Source of the DNA: an uncultured Planctomycetia bacterium
Lineage (GTDB): Bacteria > Omnitrophota > Gorgyraeia > Tantalellales > Tantalellaceae
Assembly (NCBI GenBank): GCA_964527765.1
Contig: CAZGQR010000009.1
Span: 4,579-68,578, forward strand
DNA length: 64,000 nt
Direction of reading: 5' to 3'
Below are positions 32,265 through 43,725 of the stretch, one piece after another. Position 1 is the stretch's first letter, and each line of letters begins with the position of its first letter. Under the pieces are notes generated by a model. It was not told the origin of the DNA and made no database searches. It saw nothing but the letters and a program-made list of their open reading frames with translations. Made by a program: the position numbers and the translations under genes.

Positions 32265-32687
32265 CTATTCCCTGCCTGACTGCAGACTGTCGAGATAACT
32301 CTGCAATATGATCTGCGCCGCGATCTTATCCACGACTTTTTTTCTCTTGCCCCGCCTGACGGCGGCTTCCATCATAGTGTTTTCCGCCTCTTTGGTGCTC
32401 AAACGTTCATCCCATAATTTTACGGGTACGCGGGTCTGTTCTTTCAGCATATCGGCGAATTTCACGCTGTCTTTCGCCCGTTCTCCCATGGTCCCGTCCA
32501 TGTTGAGCGGAAGTCCCACGACGATCTCAGCGACGTTGAATTCATCGAGCATTTCCCGGATCCGCGCTATAACCTGCCTGTTGCTTGCCCTTCGGACGAC
32601 TTCTTTGCCTTGCGCAAGTGTCCCGCTCTCATCGCTGAGGGCTACGCCTATATTCTTCGTTCCGAGGTCCAATCCCATTATCCGCAT
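32265..32687 (-). CDS. ruvX: Holliday-junction resolvase-like putative pre-16S rRNA nuclease RuvX/YqgF
   Basis: MRIMGLDLGTKNIGVALSDE RNase H-fold N-terminus. Start set at ATG 32687 (ORF track begins at 32717). Confidence 0.8.
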   Translation of the reverse strand: MRIMGLDLGTKNIGVALSDESGTLAQGKEVVRRASNRQVIARIREMLDEFNVAEIVVGLPLNMDGTMGERAKDSVKFADMLKEQTRVPVKLWDERLSTKEAENTMMEAAVRRGKRKKVVDKIAAQIILQSYLDSLQSGRE

Positions 32688-32688
32688 T

Positions 32689-33495
32689 TTAAGTTGTGCC
32701 ATGGACCGCCCTTGCAACGGACCTGGCGAACGCCCCCACCTTCTTCACCAGAAGGTTTTTATCCGCCAGGTTTTTCTCGATCACCCTGATTATGGCGCTC
32801 CCGACGATTATGCCGTCAGAGGCCCCGACGATCTCCCTCGCCTGGGCGGGATTGGAAATGCCGAACCCCACGCACACAGGTTTCGCCGTCATCTTTTTCA
32901 GCTTCTTTACATCGTTTTTCAGCTCGTCGGAAAGTGATCTTCTCGCGCCTGTCACTCCCGTCAGGGACACATAATAAATAAATCCGCGGGAACAGCCCGC
33001 TATCTTTCTGAACCTTCCCGGAGGCGTTGTAGGCGCGGCGAGCATGATAACGTGAAAATCCTCTTTATCCGCCATGCCCGTCAGCTCCCCGGACTCCTCC
33101 ATGGGAAGATCGGGCACTATGATGCCATCCGCTCCCGAGGCCTTCGCGTCCCTGATGAAACGGCTGATACCGTAATTGAAGATAATATTGTAATAGGTCA
33201 TGAAAACCAGGGGAACCCGGACCTCCCGCCTCAGCTGCCCGACCATGTCCAGGACTTTCCTTACGGTACATCCGGCTTCAAGCGAACGCTGTACGGCTTT
33301 TTGTATCGTCGGCCCGTCCGCCAGGGGATCCGAGAACGGTATCCCCAGCTCTATGATATCCGCGCCTGCTTTTGCCAGGGAAGAGACTATCCTTTTGGTC
33401 GTCTTCATGTCGGGATCCCCGACGGTCACGTAAGGGATAAAGGCCTTCTTCTTTTCTTTCTTCAATCTCCTGAACGTCTCATCGATCCTGTTCAT
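32689..33495 (-). CDS. trpA: tryptophan synthase alpha chain
   Basis: 268 aa. FIPYVTVGDP, ELGIPFSDPLADGPTIQ signature. Confidence 0.9.
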   Translation of the reverse strand: MNRIDETFRRLKKEKKKAFIPYVTVGDPDMKTTKRIVSSLAKAGADIIELGIPFSDPLADGPTIQKAVQRSLEAGCTVRKVLDMVGQLRREVRVPLVFMTYYNIIFNYGISRFIRDAKASGADGIIVPDLPMEESGELTGMADKEDFHVIMLAAPTTPPGRFRKIAGCSRGFIYYVSLTGVTGARRSLSDELKNDVKKLKKMTAKPVCVGFGISNPAQAREIVGASDGIIVGSAIIRVIEKNLADKNLLVKKVGAFARSVARAVHGTT

Positions 33496-33593
33496 ATTTC
33501 CCGTCCGCCTTTCACATATGAAAATAAACGGGACTGGTCTATTCCCGACCTTATGCTGCTACAGCAGACCTGTCCCGCCCTTCAACAGCTACA

Positions 33594-34796
33594 CTACTTG
33601 ATATACCTCTTCATTATGTCAATATCCTTATCCCCTCTGCCCGACAGGCACAGAACGATTATATCCCTTTTCTTCGTCTTTCTTGCCAGCCTGGTCAGGT
33701 ACTGCACCGCGTGCGCGGTCTCCAGAGCCGGGATGATACCTTCGGTCTCGGAGAGGAGTCTGACCCCTTCAAGGGCTTTTTTATCATCCACCGACACGTA
33801 CTCGGCCCTTCCGATCCGCTTGTAATACGCGTGTTCCGGCCCGACCCCCGGGTAGTCGAGGCCCGCGGACACCGAATGCGCCAGGCGCACCTGGCCGTCA
33901 TCGTCCTCCAGCAGAAAACTCTTGCTCCCGTGAAGCACGCCGACCCTGCCCTTCATCAGGGCGGCGGCGTGACGGCCGGTCTTCAAGCCGAACCCGGCGG
34001 CTTCAACCCCGATGAACACTATCTTCCTGTCGTTAAAGAACGGATGAAAAAGCCCGATGGAATTGCTTCCTCCCCCGACGCATGCCACCAGATGAGTGGG
34101 AAGCCTGCCTTCCTTGCGCATTATATCCTTGCGTACTTCCTTGCCTATGACGGTCTGAAAATCCCTCACCATCATCGGATACGGATGAGGCCCTACGACG
34201 GATCCTATGATGTAATGCGTATTGCGAACGTTAGTGACCCAGTCCCTTATCGCCTCGTTGGTGGCGTCCTTAAGCGTGCAGGACCCGCTGGACACGGGAA
34301 TGACCCTGGCTCCCATGAGCTTCATGCGGAACACGTTCAGGTTCTGCCGCTCTATATCCTCGGTCCCCATGTACACGTCGCACTTAAGCCCGAACAGCGC
34401 CGCCACGGTGGCGGTGGCAACACCGTGCTGGCCGGCCCCGGTCTCGGCGATCACGCGCTCCTTGCCCATGTGCACGGCGAGAAGCGCCTGTCCTATGGTG
34501 TTGTTGATCTTATGAGCCCCTGTATGCAAGAGGTCTTCCCGTTTAAGATATATCTTTCCCCCGCCCAGTTTTTTCGTCAGTTTCTCCGCGTGATACAGAG
34601 GGGTCGGCCTTCCGGCATATTCCTTAAGATAATATTCAAGTTTTTTCCTGAAAGAAGCGGTGCGGGTTATTTTCCTGTATGCCGCGGTAAGCTCCCTTAA
34701 GGCAGGCATTAGCGTTTCCGGGACATACTCTCCGCCGAATATGTCAAAATATCCTTTATTATCGGGCAGTTTACGTTTTTTTCGCATTTTCGACAA
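33594..34796 (-). CDS. trpB: tryptophan synthase beta chain
   Basis: 400 aa. PLP site [19 protein letters not shown]. Confidence 0.95.
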   Translation of the reverse strand: MSKMRKKRKLPDNKGYFDIFGGEYVPETLMPALRELTAAYRKITRTASFRKKLEYYLKEYAGRPTPLYHAEKLTKKLGGGKIYLKREDLLHTGAHKINNTIGQALLAVHMGKERVIAETGAGQHGVATATVAALFGLKCDVYMGTEDIERQNLNVFRMKLMGARVIPVSSGSCTLKDATNEAIRDWVTNVRNTHYIIGSVVGPHPYPMMVRDFQTVIGKEVRKDIMRKEGRLPTHLVACVGGGSNSIGLFHPFFNDRKIVFIGVEAAGFGLKTGRHAAALMKGRVGVLHGSKSFLLEDDDGQVRLAHSVSAGLDYPGVGPEHAYYKRIGRAEYVSVDDKKALEGVRLLSETEGIIPALETAHAVQYLTRLARKTKKRDIIVLCLSGRGDKDIDIMKRYIK

Positions 34797-35457
34797 ACTC
34801 CTTTAAAAGTTTTTCATCTTTTTTCCCGGGGGATTTTTCCACGCCGCTCGAAACATCGACCCCGTAAGGACGCACGGCCTTTACGGCATCCGAGACGTTC
34901 TCCGGGCGAAGCCCTCCGGCAATAAAAAACGGTTTCTTTATCCTGTCCTTCTCCCTTATCAGAACTCCCCAGTCAAAACTTTCACCCGTGCCGCCGGGGA
35001 TATCGGGGTGAAACGTATCAAAAACGAAATAATCCGCGGCGTCGTAATCACCGGGGCCGTACTGCTTTTGAGCGGCATGCCCGTGGGGCAAGATCCGCTC
35101 TTTCACCTTAAAGGCTTTTATGATCTTCACCTGCCTGTGATATTTTTGCTCGAGTATCGTTCTTAAACTGCCGCAGTCTCCGGGTGTCTCACTGCCGTGA
35201 AGCTGCACGTGATCCAGGTCGCAGAACGAAACGGCTTCCGCGATCCTCTCGAGCTTCATATCCCTGAAAAGCCCGACCCGCCCGACCCTATTCTTGCAAT
35301 CCCCGGGAAGGCCCATGATAATGTTCCTGACGGCATCACCCTCAACAGCACGGGGTGTTCCCCCGATGAAGATAAACCCTATAAGGTCGGCCCCATAGTC
35401 GCAGGCTTTCCGGGCATCTTCCAGGTTTGTCACGCCGCATATCTTGACCTTGACCAA
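34771..35457 (-). CDS. trpF: phosphoribosylanthranilate isomerase
   Basis: [18 protein letters not shown]-barrel PRAI family, position between trpC and trpB. Confidence 0.85.
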   Translation of the reverse strand: MVKVKICGVTNLEDARKACDYGADLIGFIFIGGTPRAVEGDAVRNIIMGLPGDCKNRVGRVGLFRDMKLERIAEAVSFCDLDHVQLHGSETPGDCGSLRTILEQKYHRQVKIIKAFKVKERILPHGHAAQKQYGPGDYDAADYFVFDTFHPDIPGGTGESFDWGVLIREKDRIKKPFFIAGGLRPENVSDAVKAVRPYGVDVSSGVEKSPGKKDEKLLKEFVENAKKT

Positions 35458-35462
35458 TTTTA

Positions 35463-36239
35463 CTACTCCCGCATCAGGTTTCTTACTTTTTCCCCTATAT
35501 TCGTCGCCCGCATGAAGATCTCCCCTATAAGAACGGCATTGACGCCGAGACTTTTCAGGAACATCACCTGTTCATAGGTCTCGATCCCGCTTTCGGAAAC
35601 TATTATTTTGTTCTCGGGAATAAGATGGATCAGTCTCTGGGTAACGGAGACATCTACATCGAAGTTCACCAGATCCCTGTTGTTTATGCCTATTATCGCC
35701 GCGGGACTGTTCAGGGCTTTCTCGACTTCTTCTTCGTTATGCACCTCGACCAGCACATCCATGCCCAGTTCCTTGGCGATGCCGAAATAACGGTTCAGCT
35801 CCTCCTGGGTCAGGATATGCGCGATCAGAAGGATCGCATCCGCGCCGCTTGCGGCGGACTCATAGATCTGATACTCGTCTATGATAAAATCCTTTCTGAG
35901 AACGGGAATGGTCACCCTTTCCTTTACCATCGTGACGTATTCCAGTTTTCCGTCAAAGAACCGCTCGTCGGTCAGTATGCTTATGGCGCTGGCGCCGGCA
36001 GCCTGATAAGTGAGCGCGATCTTGAGGGGGTTGAACTTGGCGCGAATGACGCCTTTCGAAGGGGAGCTTTTCTTGATCTCCGCTATAAGATTGATATGTC
36101 CCTTCCTGGATATGTCTTTCTTGAACGTGCTCCTGATGTACATGGATCCCGCTCTTTTTTTGAGATCGTTCAAATGAACGCTTTTTTGCGCTTTGTCAAC
36201 TTCGCGCCTTTTCTCTTCTATTATCCTGGGTAATATCAT
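35463..36239 (-). CDS. trpC: indole-3-glycerol phosphate synthase
   Basis: 258 aa. [25 protein letters not shown] motifs. Confidence 0.85.
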   Translation of the reverse strand: MILPRIIEEKRREVDKAQKSVHLNDLKKRAGSMYIRSTFKKDISRKGHINLIAEIKKSSPSKGVIRAKFNPLKIALTYQAAGASAISILTDERFFDGKLEYVTMVKERVTIPVLRKDFIIDEYQIYESAASGADAILLIAHILTQEELNRYFGIAKELGMDVLVEVHNEEEVEKALNSPAAIIGINNRDLVNFDVDVSVTQRLIHLIPENKIIVSESGIETYEQVMFLKSLGVNAVLIGEIFMRATNIGEKVRNLMRE

Positions 36240-37300
36240 GAAACGTCCTCATTTGTTATCCTGGCCAGATCTTCCAGTTTTTTCAGGGCTCCTCCGGAAT
36301 CGATGGCTGACGCGGCCACCCGGACGCCTTCCTTGAAATTCTTCACCTTGCCCGCGGCCATAAGCGCAACACTGGAGTTCATCAGGACCACGTCCCGCCT
36401 GGGGCCTTCTTCGCCTGACAGGACTCCCCGGACCATTGCCGCGTTCTCTTCTGCGGATCCGCCCCTGATCTCCCCCAGGGCCGCTTTTTTGAGCCCGAAA
36501 GTTCCGGGGGCCACGTAATAGGACCTTACCCTGCCGCCGGCCAGTTCGCTGACCTTCGTCTTGCCGGTTACGGTGACTTCATCCAGCCCGTCCATGCCAT
36601 GCACGACGAAAGCGCGTTTTGTCCCCAGGTTTCCAAGGACCCTTGCCATCGTCTCCGTCAGCTCCTCTTCGTACACCCCCAGGACCTGGCACGTGGCCGA
36701 CGCCGGGTTGGACAGAGGCCCTAAAATATTGAATATCGTCCGCACTCCCACTTCCTTCCGGGGCGGGGCGGCATACCGCATGGCTTCATGAAAAAGCGGC
36801 GCGAACATGAAACCTATGTTGATCCGGCTTATGCATTTTTCCGTCACCTCGACGGGGACATCCAGCTTCACTCCCAGTTCCTCGAGCACATCGGCGCTGC
36901 CGCACCGGCTGGACGCCGCCCTGTTCCCGTGTTTCGCGACCTTGACGCCGCACGCGGCAAGAACGAACGCCACGGTAGTAGAAATATTGAAGGTGTTCGT
37001 TCCCGTTCCTCCGGTACCGCACGTATCAAGTATGGCTTCCTCTTCGGGGGTGATCTCATCCCTGTCTATATCAACGGAATCTCCGCTCACTTTTATCTTC
37101 AGCGATTTCTCCCTCATCACCCGGGCCGCTCCCGTTATCTCTTCGACGGTCTCGCCTTTCATGCGCAGCGCCGTTATGAACGCGGCTATCTGCGAAAGGG
37201 TGGCTTTGCCGCTCATGATGCCGCCGAAAACCGAGTGCATCTCCTCCTCGGTAAGATCCTCGAAGAGAATGACCTTTTCGATCGCCTTCTTTATGTCCAT
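36236..37300 (-). CDS. trpD: anthranilate phosphoribosyltransferase
   Basis: 354 aa. [17 protein letters not shown] glycine-rich PRPP loop. Confidence 0.9.
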   Translation of the reverse strand: MDIKKAIEKVILFEDLTEEEMHSVFGGIMSGKATLSQIAAFITALRMKGETVEEITGAARVMREKSLKIKVSGDSVDIDRDEITPEEEAILDTCGTGGTGTNTFNISTTVAFVLAACGVKVAKHGNRAASSRCGSADVLEELGVKLDVPVEVTEKCISRINIGFMFAPLFHEAMRYAAPPRKEVGVRTIFNILGPLSNPASATCQVLGVYEEELTETMARVLGNLGTKRAFVVHGMDGLDEVTVTGKTKVSELAGGRVRSYYVAPGTFGLKKAALGEIRGGSAEENAAMVRGVLSGEEGPRRDVVLMNSSVALMAAGKVKNFKEGVRVAASAIDSGGALKKLEDLARITNEDVS

Positions 37301-37316
37301 CCTTTTACCTTCCTCC

Positions 37317-37877
37317 TCACTTTATGAAATTCCTCAGAATCTCTTTCCCTTCCTCGGTCAATATGGACTCAGGATGGAACTGGACGCCGTATATGGGCCT
37401 GTCCCTGTGGCGAATGCCCATGACCTCCTTTTCCTCAGTCCATGCGGTAAGTTTCAGCGGGTCTTTCAAGCTTGACGGCTCGACTATCAGAGAATGGTAC
37501 CGCGTGGCAGTGAACGGAGAAGGTATCCCGCTGAAGATGCCCTCGCCGTCGTGATAGATCGAACTCACCTTCCCGTGCATGATACGATCGCCGCCCGTAA
37601 CGGAAGCGCCGTAAACTTCGGCGATACACTGATGCCCCAGGCACACCCCGAGTATGGGTGTCGTGCCCTCGAACCTGCGGACCACTTCCTTCGATATCCC
37701 CGCGTTGTCCGGCCGGCCCGGTCCCGGCGAGATGATTATCCTCCCGGGAGAAAGAGATTCTATTTCTTCCGGCGTGATCTTGTCGTTACGATAGGTGACG
37801 ACCTCCTCCCCGAGCTCGCCCAAATATTGAACGAGATTATACGTGAAGGAATCATAATTGTCTATGACGAAAATCAT
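37317..37877 (-). CDS. trpG: anthranilate synthase component II (class I glutamine amidotransferase)
   Basis: [19 protein letters not shown], catalytic GVCLGHQ and HPES. Start reassigned to ATG 37877 (ATGA overlap with trpE stop). ORF track adds a spurious 54-aa extension. Confidence 0.85.
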   Translation of the reverse strand: MIFVIDNYDSFTYNLVQYLGELGEEVVTYRNDKITPEEIESLSPGRIIISPGPGRPDNAGISKEVVRRFEGTTPILGVCLGHQCIAEVYGASVTGGDRIMHGKVSSIYHDGEGIFSGIPSPFTATRYHSLIVEPSSLKDPLKLTAWTEEKEVMGIRHRDRPIYGVQFHPESILTEEGKEILRNFIK

Positions 37878-39352
37878 TCCAGCCCTTCCTCGCAAAATTC
37901 TATGGCCTTGATCAGGGCCATGGCCTTGTTCATGGTCTCCTGATATTCCTTCCTCGGCTCGGAATCCAGGACGATGCCGGCCCCGGCCTGAATACAGGCA
38001 ATGTCCCCCTTCATCACGATCGTCCTGATAGTGATGCACAGGTCGATATTACCCGAAAAGCTTATATACCCCACGCAGCCGGCGTAAGGCCCGCGCCTGG
38101 TGTTCTCCAGCTCATCGATAAGTTCCATGGCCCTGACCTTCGGCGCTCCCGTCACGGTACCCGCCGGGAACGTCGCCCTTATAAGGTCATATATGTCCTT
38201 TTCTTTCCCGAGCTTACCGACAACATCGCTGACTATATGCATCACGTGCGAATACCTTTCGATCCGCATGATCTCGCGCGGCCTGACGCTTGAATATTCA
38301 CATACACGCCCGATATCGTTGCGACCGAGATCGACGAGCATGATATGCTCCGCCCTTTCCTTCGGGTCCGCAAGAAGCTCTTTCTCCAGGCGCAGGTCCT
38401 CCTGCTCATCTTTCCCGCGCCTGCGGGTGCCGGCTATCGGCCTGACCTCAACGAGCCCGTCTTCGCATCTCACAAGGATCTCGGGTGACGAGCCGACGAT
38501 CCTGTACTCGCCGAACTTAAGGTAATACATGTAAGGCGAAGGATTAATGGACCTCAGGGCCCTGTATATGGAAAAAGCGTCCGCCTCCGTACGCTTCTTA
38601 AGCCTCTGGGAAAGCACGACCTGGATCACTTCCCCGGCGCGTATGTATTCCTTTGCTTTCTCGACGATCCCGCAGAACTCTTTCTTTGAAAAGTTCGATT
38701 CGATCTTCGGGCGCGCCTGCACGGCCTTCATTTCTTCCTGTTCGATCACGCCGCTCTTGAGCTTCTCTATTATCCGGTCTATCTTCCTGCAGGCCTTCTC
38801 ATAAGCTTCCGCCGGGTCGTCCTTCTCGACCAGCGAATTGGAGACGACCTTGATCTTATGGTCGATATGGTCAAAAATAAGTATGGTATCCGTAAGGACG
38901 AGCTGCATGTCCGGAATATCAAAATCCCCGGGATTCTTGTCCGGTATATCCTCGATAAAACGGACCATATCATAACCGATATAACCCACCAGGCCCCCGC
39001 AGAAACGGGGCAATCCCTCTACGCTGACAAAACGGAATTTCCCCATGAAAGACCTTATCTCGCTTATGGGGTCCTCCCCGGCCGTATATGTGTCGATCTT
39101 GTCGCCGCGCGTAAAGGTGACCTCCCTGCCCTTGCTTTCGATTATGAGGGAGGGGCTGCTGCCCAGAAAGGAATACCTGGCCATGTGTTCGCCGCCTTCA
39201 ACGGATTCAAGCAGGTAGGCGAATTTTTCCTTGTCGATCTTCAAAAAAGCGGACAGAGGCGAATCGAAATCCGCCAGTATCTCCCTGTAAACGGGGATGA
39301 CGTTGCCCTTTTTTGCCAGCCTTATGAATTCCTCTTTGCTCGGATAAAACAT
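37874..39352 (-). CDS. trpE: anthranilate synthase component I
   Basis: 492 aa chorismate-binding enzyme (GTVTGAPKVRAMELIDELE, PYAGCVGY). Confidence 0.9.
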   Translation of the reverse strand: MFYPSKEEFIRLAKKGNVIPVYREILADFDSPLSAFLKIDKEKFAYLLESVEGGEHMARYSFLGSSPSLIIESKGREVTFTRGDKIDTYTAGEDPISEIRSFMGKFRFVSVEGLPRFCGGLVGYIGYDMVRFIEDIPDKNPGDFDIPDMQLVLTDTILIFDHIDHKIKVVSNSLVEKDDPAEAYEKACRKIDRIIEKLKSGVIEQEEMKAVQARPKIESNFSKKEFCGIVEKAKEYIRAGEVIQVVLSQRLKKRTEADAFSIYRALRSINPSPYMYYLKFGEYRIVGSSPEILVRCEDGLVEVRPIAGTRRRGKDEQEDLRLEKELLADPKERAEHIMLVDLGRNDIGRVCEYSSVRPREIMRIERYSHVMHIVSDVVGKLGKEKDIYDLIRATFPAGTVTGAPKVRAMELIDELENTRRGPYAGCVGYISFSGNIDLCITIRTIVMKGDIACIQAGAGIVLDSEPRKEYQETMNKAMALIKAIEFCEEGLE

Positions 39353-39379
39353 GTCGACGTCTCTCCTGATGTCAGGAAC

Positions 39380-39763
39380 CTATTTATATACATCCTTCGG
39401 GTCGAAGACCTTTTCTTCCTCTATTACTGTCTTTCCGTCCTTGTCTATTCTTCGGAAATAACAGCTGAAATATCCCTCGTGACACGCGGCGCGGGCCTGG
39501 TCCACTTTGAAAAGAAGGGAATTGTCCGCGCAGTCGACAAAAAGCTCCTTCACTGCCTGGACACAGCCGGAAGTCTCCCCCTTGAGCATGACCCTTCCCC
39601 TCGACCTGCGGAACACGTATATTTTCTTTTCCTTCAGCGTCTTCTCAAGGGCGCCTTTATCCATGTAACACAACGTCAGGACCCTGGATGACTTTTCATC
39701 CTGTATTATCGCCGGGATAAGCCCGTTATCGTCAAAATTAAGTTTATCCATGAATTCCATCAT
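39380..39763 (-). CDS. hisI: phosphoribosyl-AMP cyclohydrolase (monofunctional HisI, not fused to HisE)
   Basis: 127 aa. LIPAIIQD, conserved Cys pairs (CADNSLL, CHEGYFSC). Confidence 0.85.
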   Translation of the reverse strand: MMEFMDKLNFDDNGLIPAIIQDEKSSRVLTLCYMDKGALEKTLKEKKIYVFRRSRGRVMLKGETSGCVQAVKELFVDCADNSLLFKVDQARAACHEGYFSCYFRRIDKDGKTVIEEEKVFDPKDVYK

Positions 39764-39766
39764 TTA

Positions 39767-40525
39767 CTACCCCCTGACAGGTACGCCTTTTTCCCTTAAA
39801 TACTCTTTCACCCCGGCAATCGAGAATTCCCTGAAGTGAAACACACTTGCGGCGAGAGCCGCATCAGCCTTGCCGTCCGTGAGAGCTTCCAGAAAATGCT
39901 CCAGTTTTCCGCATCCTCCCGATGCCACCACCGGTATATTCACCGCTTCGCTTACCGCCCGCGTCAGCCCTATGTCATACCCGTCCTTGGTCCCGTCGCG
40001 GTCCATGCTTGTAAGGAGTATCTCTCCGGCGCCCAGTTCCTCCGCCTTGCGGGCCCATTCCACCACGTCCATACCGGTCGCTTCGCGTCCGCCTCTCACG
40101 TAAACTTCCCACGACCCTTCTTTTTTTGCCTTTGCGTCTATAGCGACGACGATGCACTGCGTTCCGAACCTCTCGCTGGCCTCTTTCAGAAAATCCGGAT
40201 CTTTGACGGCAGCGGTGTTTATCGAAACCTTGTCGCATCCCGCGTTCAAGAGCTCGCGGATAATATCATTGGAATAGATCCCCCCGCCGACGGTGAACGG
40301 CATGAACACCTGTTCCGCGACGCGTTTTACGACGCTTACCATGGTCTTTCGCTTCTCGTAACTGGCGGTTATATCCAGGAACACAAGCTCGTCGGCGCCT
40401 TCGTCGTTATAGACCTTGGCATTTTCCACCGGGTCCCCGGCATCGCGCAGATTGACAAAATTCACGCCTTTCACGACGCGTCCATCCTTCACGTCAAGGC
40501 AGGGAATTATCCTTTTTGCCAGCAT
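39767..40525 (-). CDS. hisF: imidazole glycerol phosphate synthase cyclase subunit
   Basis: [20 protein letters not shown] canonical HisF N-terminus. Start at ATG 40525. Confidence 0.9.
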   Translation of the reverse strand: MLAKRIIPCLDVKDGRVVKGVNFVNLRDAGDPVENAKVYNDEGADELVFLDITASYEKRKTMVSVVKRVAEQVFMPFTVGGGIYSNDIIRELLNAGCDKVSINTAAVKDPDFLKEASERFGTQCIVVAIDAKAKKEGSWEVYVRGGREATGMDVVEWARKAEELGAGEILLTSMDRDGTKDGYDIGLTRAVSEAVNIPVVASGGCGKLEHFLEALTDGKADAALAASVFHFREFSIAGVKEYLREKGVPVRG

Positions 40526-41234
40526 TGATCGCCTCCTCAAGTTTTATAGTGCCGTCGTAAAGCGCGCGTCCTATGATGACGCCGCTGAGCCCCAGGGGCT
40601 CCAGCTTCTTCAGCTGCCTGATGTGGCCGATATCCCTGATGCCCCCGGCGGAGATGATCTTGATATCGACCTGTTCCAGGATCTCCTTTAACCTTTCAAT
40701 GTTCGGGCCGGAAAGCGTTCCGTCCCTCGCTATGTCGGTGTAGATCACTTCCTTCGCCCCGAACGAAACGAATCTCCGGAGCATCTTGAAAATATCCAGA
40801 TCAAGCGTTGTCTGCCATCCGTGCACCTTCAGTTTTTTGTCTTCGACGTCCAGGCTTATGATTATCCTTTCCTTGAAGGTCTTTATGCAGTCACCGGCAA
40901 AATCTATGTCCTTCAGGGCCCTTGAACCGAGAATGACGCGCCAGACCCCGCTATCAAGCGCTTTTTTGATCTCTTCCATCCGGCGAAATCCGCCGCCGAC
41001 CTCGATCGGTATATTGACGGATCCCGCTATTTCCTTTACTTTCTCGAAGTTCACGGGGTAATTTTCTTTAGCCCCGTCGAGATCGACCACGTGGATCAGT
41101 TTAGCGCCCAGCGATTCCCATGTCCTTGCCGCATCAACGGGATCCATGTCATAATTCATCTTCCTGTCATACCTGCCCTGCTGCAGGCGCACAGTCTTGC
41201 CTTCGATTATGTCTATGGCCGGTATCACCTTCAT
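40494..41234 (-). CDS. hisA: ProFAR isomerase HisA
   Basis: [20 protein letters not shown], (beta/alpha)8 HisA family. Confidence 0.85.
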   Translation of the reverse strand: MKVIPAIDIIEGKTVRLQQGRYDRKMNYDMDPVDAARTWESLGAKLIHVVDLDGAKENYPVNFEKVKEIAGSVNIPIEVGGGFRRMEEIKKALDSGVWRVILGSRALKDIDFAGDCIKTFKERIIISLDVEDKKLKVHGWQTTLDLDIFKMLRRFVSFGAKEVIYTDIARDGTLSGPNIERLKEILEQVDIKIISAGGIRDIGHIRQLKKLEPLGLSGVIIGRALYDGTIKLEEAINAGKKDNSLP

Positions 41235-41839
41235 AGTTTCGCGAAATTCTCCAGTATTTTTATGCCGTTCTCCTGCGATCTTTCCGGATGGAACTGCACG
41301 GCGAAAATATTATCTTTCCACAGCGCGGAAGTGTACCGGATGCCGTATTCCGTTACCCCGGCGGTATATTCCTCCTCATCATTATCGCAGTAATACGAAT
41401 GCACGAAATAAAAATAGGTCTCGTCCCCTATACCCTTGAAAACAGGGCAGCGCGCCCCGCGGAGGGCGACCGTGTTCCATCCTATCTGCGGGACCTTTAT
41501 TCCTTTTTCCGCGGGGAAGAGTTTCACTTCTCCGCGGATCACACCCAGGCAATCGCATCCGCCGCCTTCGAAGCTCCGCGTAAAAAGAAGCTGAAGCCCC
41601 AGGCATATCCCCAGGAACGGCCTGCCGCTTTTTATGAAATCCGCCAGCGGCCCCGCAAGATCCCTTCGCGCAAGCCCTTCCATCGCGTCCCCGGACGACC
41701 CGACACCCGGAAGCACGATCCTGTCGGCGCGGCCGAGATCATCCGGACTTTCGCATATCCTGACATCCTGTCCGAGATAGCGGAAAGCGTTAAAGACGCT
41801 GCGCAGATTTCCCGAACCGTAATCCACAATGCCGATCAT
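41231..41839 (-). CDS. hisH: imidazole glycerol phosphate synthase glutaminase subunit
   Basis: MIGIVDYGSGNLRSV, catalytic GICLGLQ, HPE. Confidence 0.85.
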   Translation of the reverse strand: MIGIVDYGSGNLRSVFNAFRYLGQDVRICESPDDLGRADRIVLPGVGSSGDAMEGLARRDLAGPLADFIKSGRPFLGICLGLQLLFTRSFEGGGCDCLGVIRGEVKLFPAEKGIKVPQIGWNTVALRGARCPVFKGIGDETYFYFVHSYYCDNDEEEYTAGVTEYGIRYTSALWKDNIFAVQFHPERSQENGIKILENFAKL

Positions 41840-42468
41840 AGTATTCCCTTGCTTGACGGGACTTCCTCGGTCCTGCGCGGATCGATACTGGTCGCCTTAT
41901 CCAGCGCTATCCCCAGGGCCTTGAAGACCGCCTCGAGATAGTGGTGCATATCCCCTTCCCCGGCTATCTCAATATGCAGGTTCATGCTGAGTTTTTTCGC
42001 GAAACTCCGCAGCAGATCCTCGGCAAGATCGAGGGAGTACCCTTCCGTATCCGGTATCCCGGCCTTTCCAAAGCTTCTCAACTTGAACTTGAATGCGGCC
42101 CGGTTGGAAAGATCCACCAAGACGTTTGCGCTCACCATGTCCATGGGAACGTCCGCCGAAGCTATCCTTGTTATGCCCTTGCAGTCGCCCAGCGCTTTCT
42201 TGAAGGCCTCCCCCAGCGCGATCCCTATATCCTCGTTGAGGTGATGCTTGTCAACGTGCGTGTCGCCGGTGGCCCTGAGGTCCAGGTCAAAATAACCGTG
42301 ATATGCAAAAAGCGTAAGCATGTGGTCCAGAAACCCGATTGACGTGGATATCCTGGTCTTTCCCGTACCGTCGATGTTCAGCCCGGGTATCTCTATCTGC
42401 GTCTCTTTGGATTTTCTTTCGTATCTGGTCTTTCTGGCCTTCCCCTGCTTCTTTGCGAATATACCCAT
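41836..42468 (-). CDS. hisB: imidazoleglycerol-phosphate dehydratase
   Basis: IGFLDHML...D..H..E metal-binding motifs of IGPD. Monofunctional, with no phosphatase domain. Confidence 0.85.
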   Translation of the reverse strand: MGIFAKKQGKARKTRYERKSKETQIEIPGLNIDGTGKTRISTSIGFLDHMLTLFAYHGYFDLDLRATGDTHVDKHHLNEDIGIALGEAFKKALGDCKGITRIASADVPMDMVSANVLVDLSNRAAFKFKLRSFGKAGIPDTEGYSLDLAEDLLRSFAKKLSMNLHIEIAGEGDMHHYLEAVFKALGIALDKATSIDPRRTEEVPSSKGIL

Positions 42469-42483
42469 CTCTCCTCCCGTCTA

Positions 42484-43725
42484 TTATTCACATCTTACCT
42501 TGATCGATTCCCAGTGTTTCTCCAGCTTTTCAAGCTCCGTGAGTTCACGCGCCCAGGCCGCCGATGCGCAAAGGGCCTTGCGCGAATAGGAAATTATATG
42601 CGAGCTTTTCATAAAACTTCTCAAGTTCAGGCCGGAAGAATACCGCGCCGTCCCGCCGGTAGGCAGGACATGGCTTGGCCCGGCGATATAATCGCCGATG
42701 GCCACGGGCGTGTACTGCCCGAGGAAAATGGCCCCGGCGTTGGTGATGTTCTTCAGCACCCTCTTGGGCGATTTCACCATGAGCTGCAGGTGCTCCGGAG
42801 CGATCATATTGGACACTTCCGCCGCCTCATCAAGGTTCTTGACCTTGATAATATATCCTCTCACCTCCGGATCCTTGTGCAGGGCGTTAAATACCCCCCT
42901 GGACGGCGTGACGAGAATGGACAGGCCCTTGTGGTGTTCCGCCTGGGCCATGAGATCTTTTTTAAGATAATCGAGGTTCGCGTGCTTATTGGCTATTATC
43001 AGCACCTCGCTCGGCCCGGCCAGCATATCTATGTCGCAATAACCGAATACCTGGCGCTTCGCCTCTGTAACATACTCGTTGCCGGGGCCGACTATCTTGG
43101 CCACCTTCGGCACCGTTTTCGTCCCGAAAGCCAGCGCGGCTATCGCCTGAGCTCCGCCGACCTTATATATCTCATCGACCTTGAGAAGGTTCGCCACCAC
43201 CAGTATATGAGGATCGATGCTTCCATATCTGTTCGGGGGAGATACCATCACGATCTTTTTCACGCCGGCGATCCTGGCGGGCAGGACGGTCATGTAAACG
43301 CTCGATACAAGGGGGACTGTCCCGCTGGGGACATACACTCCCACTTCTTCTATCGGGGCGAATTTTTCCGCGAGCTCGACGCCGGATTCCTGCCGTATCG
43401 TCCACGATTTGGGCGCCTGGTTCGTGTAAAACTTGTTCATGTTCCTTATGATCGTCTTCAGGGTGTTGACGATCTCGGGTTTTATGTCCTGATACGCGCC
43501 GCTGATCTCAGCTTCGGTCACCCGGAGGTCCTTCCGCTTGATATCGATTTTATCGAACTTCTTCGTGAACTTTATCAGGGCATTGTCCCCTTCGGCCCGC
43601 ACCTTTTCTATGATCCCGGCGACTTTCTGCTGAAGGCGCTTTTTACCCTGGTCATGCCTGTTGACCAGGTTATTGAACATCTTGCTTCCTACCTTGACGC
43701 TTCGCATGCTAACCCCTCTTTTCAA
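42484..43725 (-). CDS. hisD: histidinol dehydrogenase
   Basis: 413 aa. HisD family (VGVYVPSGT, zinc/NAD motifs). True start may be ATG at 43707 (MRSVKV), just downstream of the alaS stop. Confidence 0.85.
   Translation of the reverse strand: MKRGVSMRSVKVGSKMFNNLVNRHDQGKKRLQQKVAGIIEKVRAEGDNALIKFTKKFDKIDIKRKDLRVTEAEISGAYQDIKPEIVNTLKTIIRNMNKFYTNQAPKSWTIRQESGVELAEKFAPIEEVGVYVPSGTVPLVSSVYMTVLPARIAGVKKIVMVSPPNRYGSIDPHILVVANLLKVDEIYKVGGAQAIAALAFGTKTVPKVAKIVGPGNEYVTEAKRQVFGYCDIDMLAGPSEVLIIANKHANLDYLKKDLMAQAEHHKGLSILVTPSRGVFNALHKDPEVRGYIIKVKNLDEAAEVSNMIAPEHLQLMVKSPKRVLKNITNAGAIFLGQYTPVAIGDYIAGPSHVLPTGGTARYSSGLNLRSFMKSSHIISYSRKALCASAAWARELTELEKLEKHWESIKVRCE

Noticed and set aside
39353-39379. Attenuator/T-box/riboswitch between hisI and trpE
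   Set aside because: The gap is only 27 nt, too short for any known trp leader, T-box or riboswitch. Likely just an RBS spacer.
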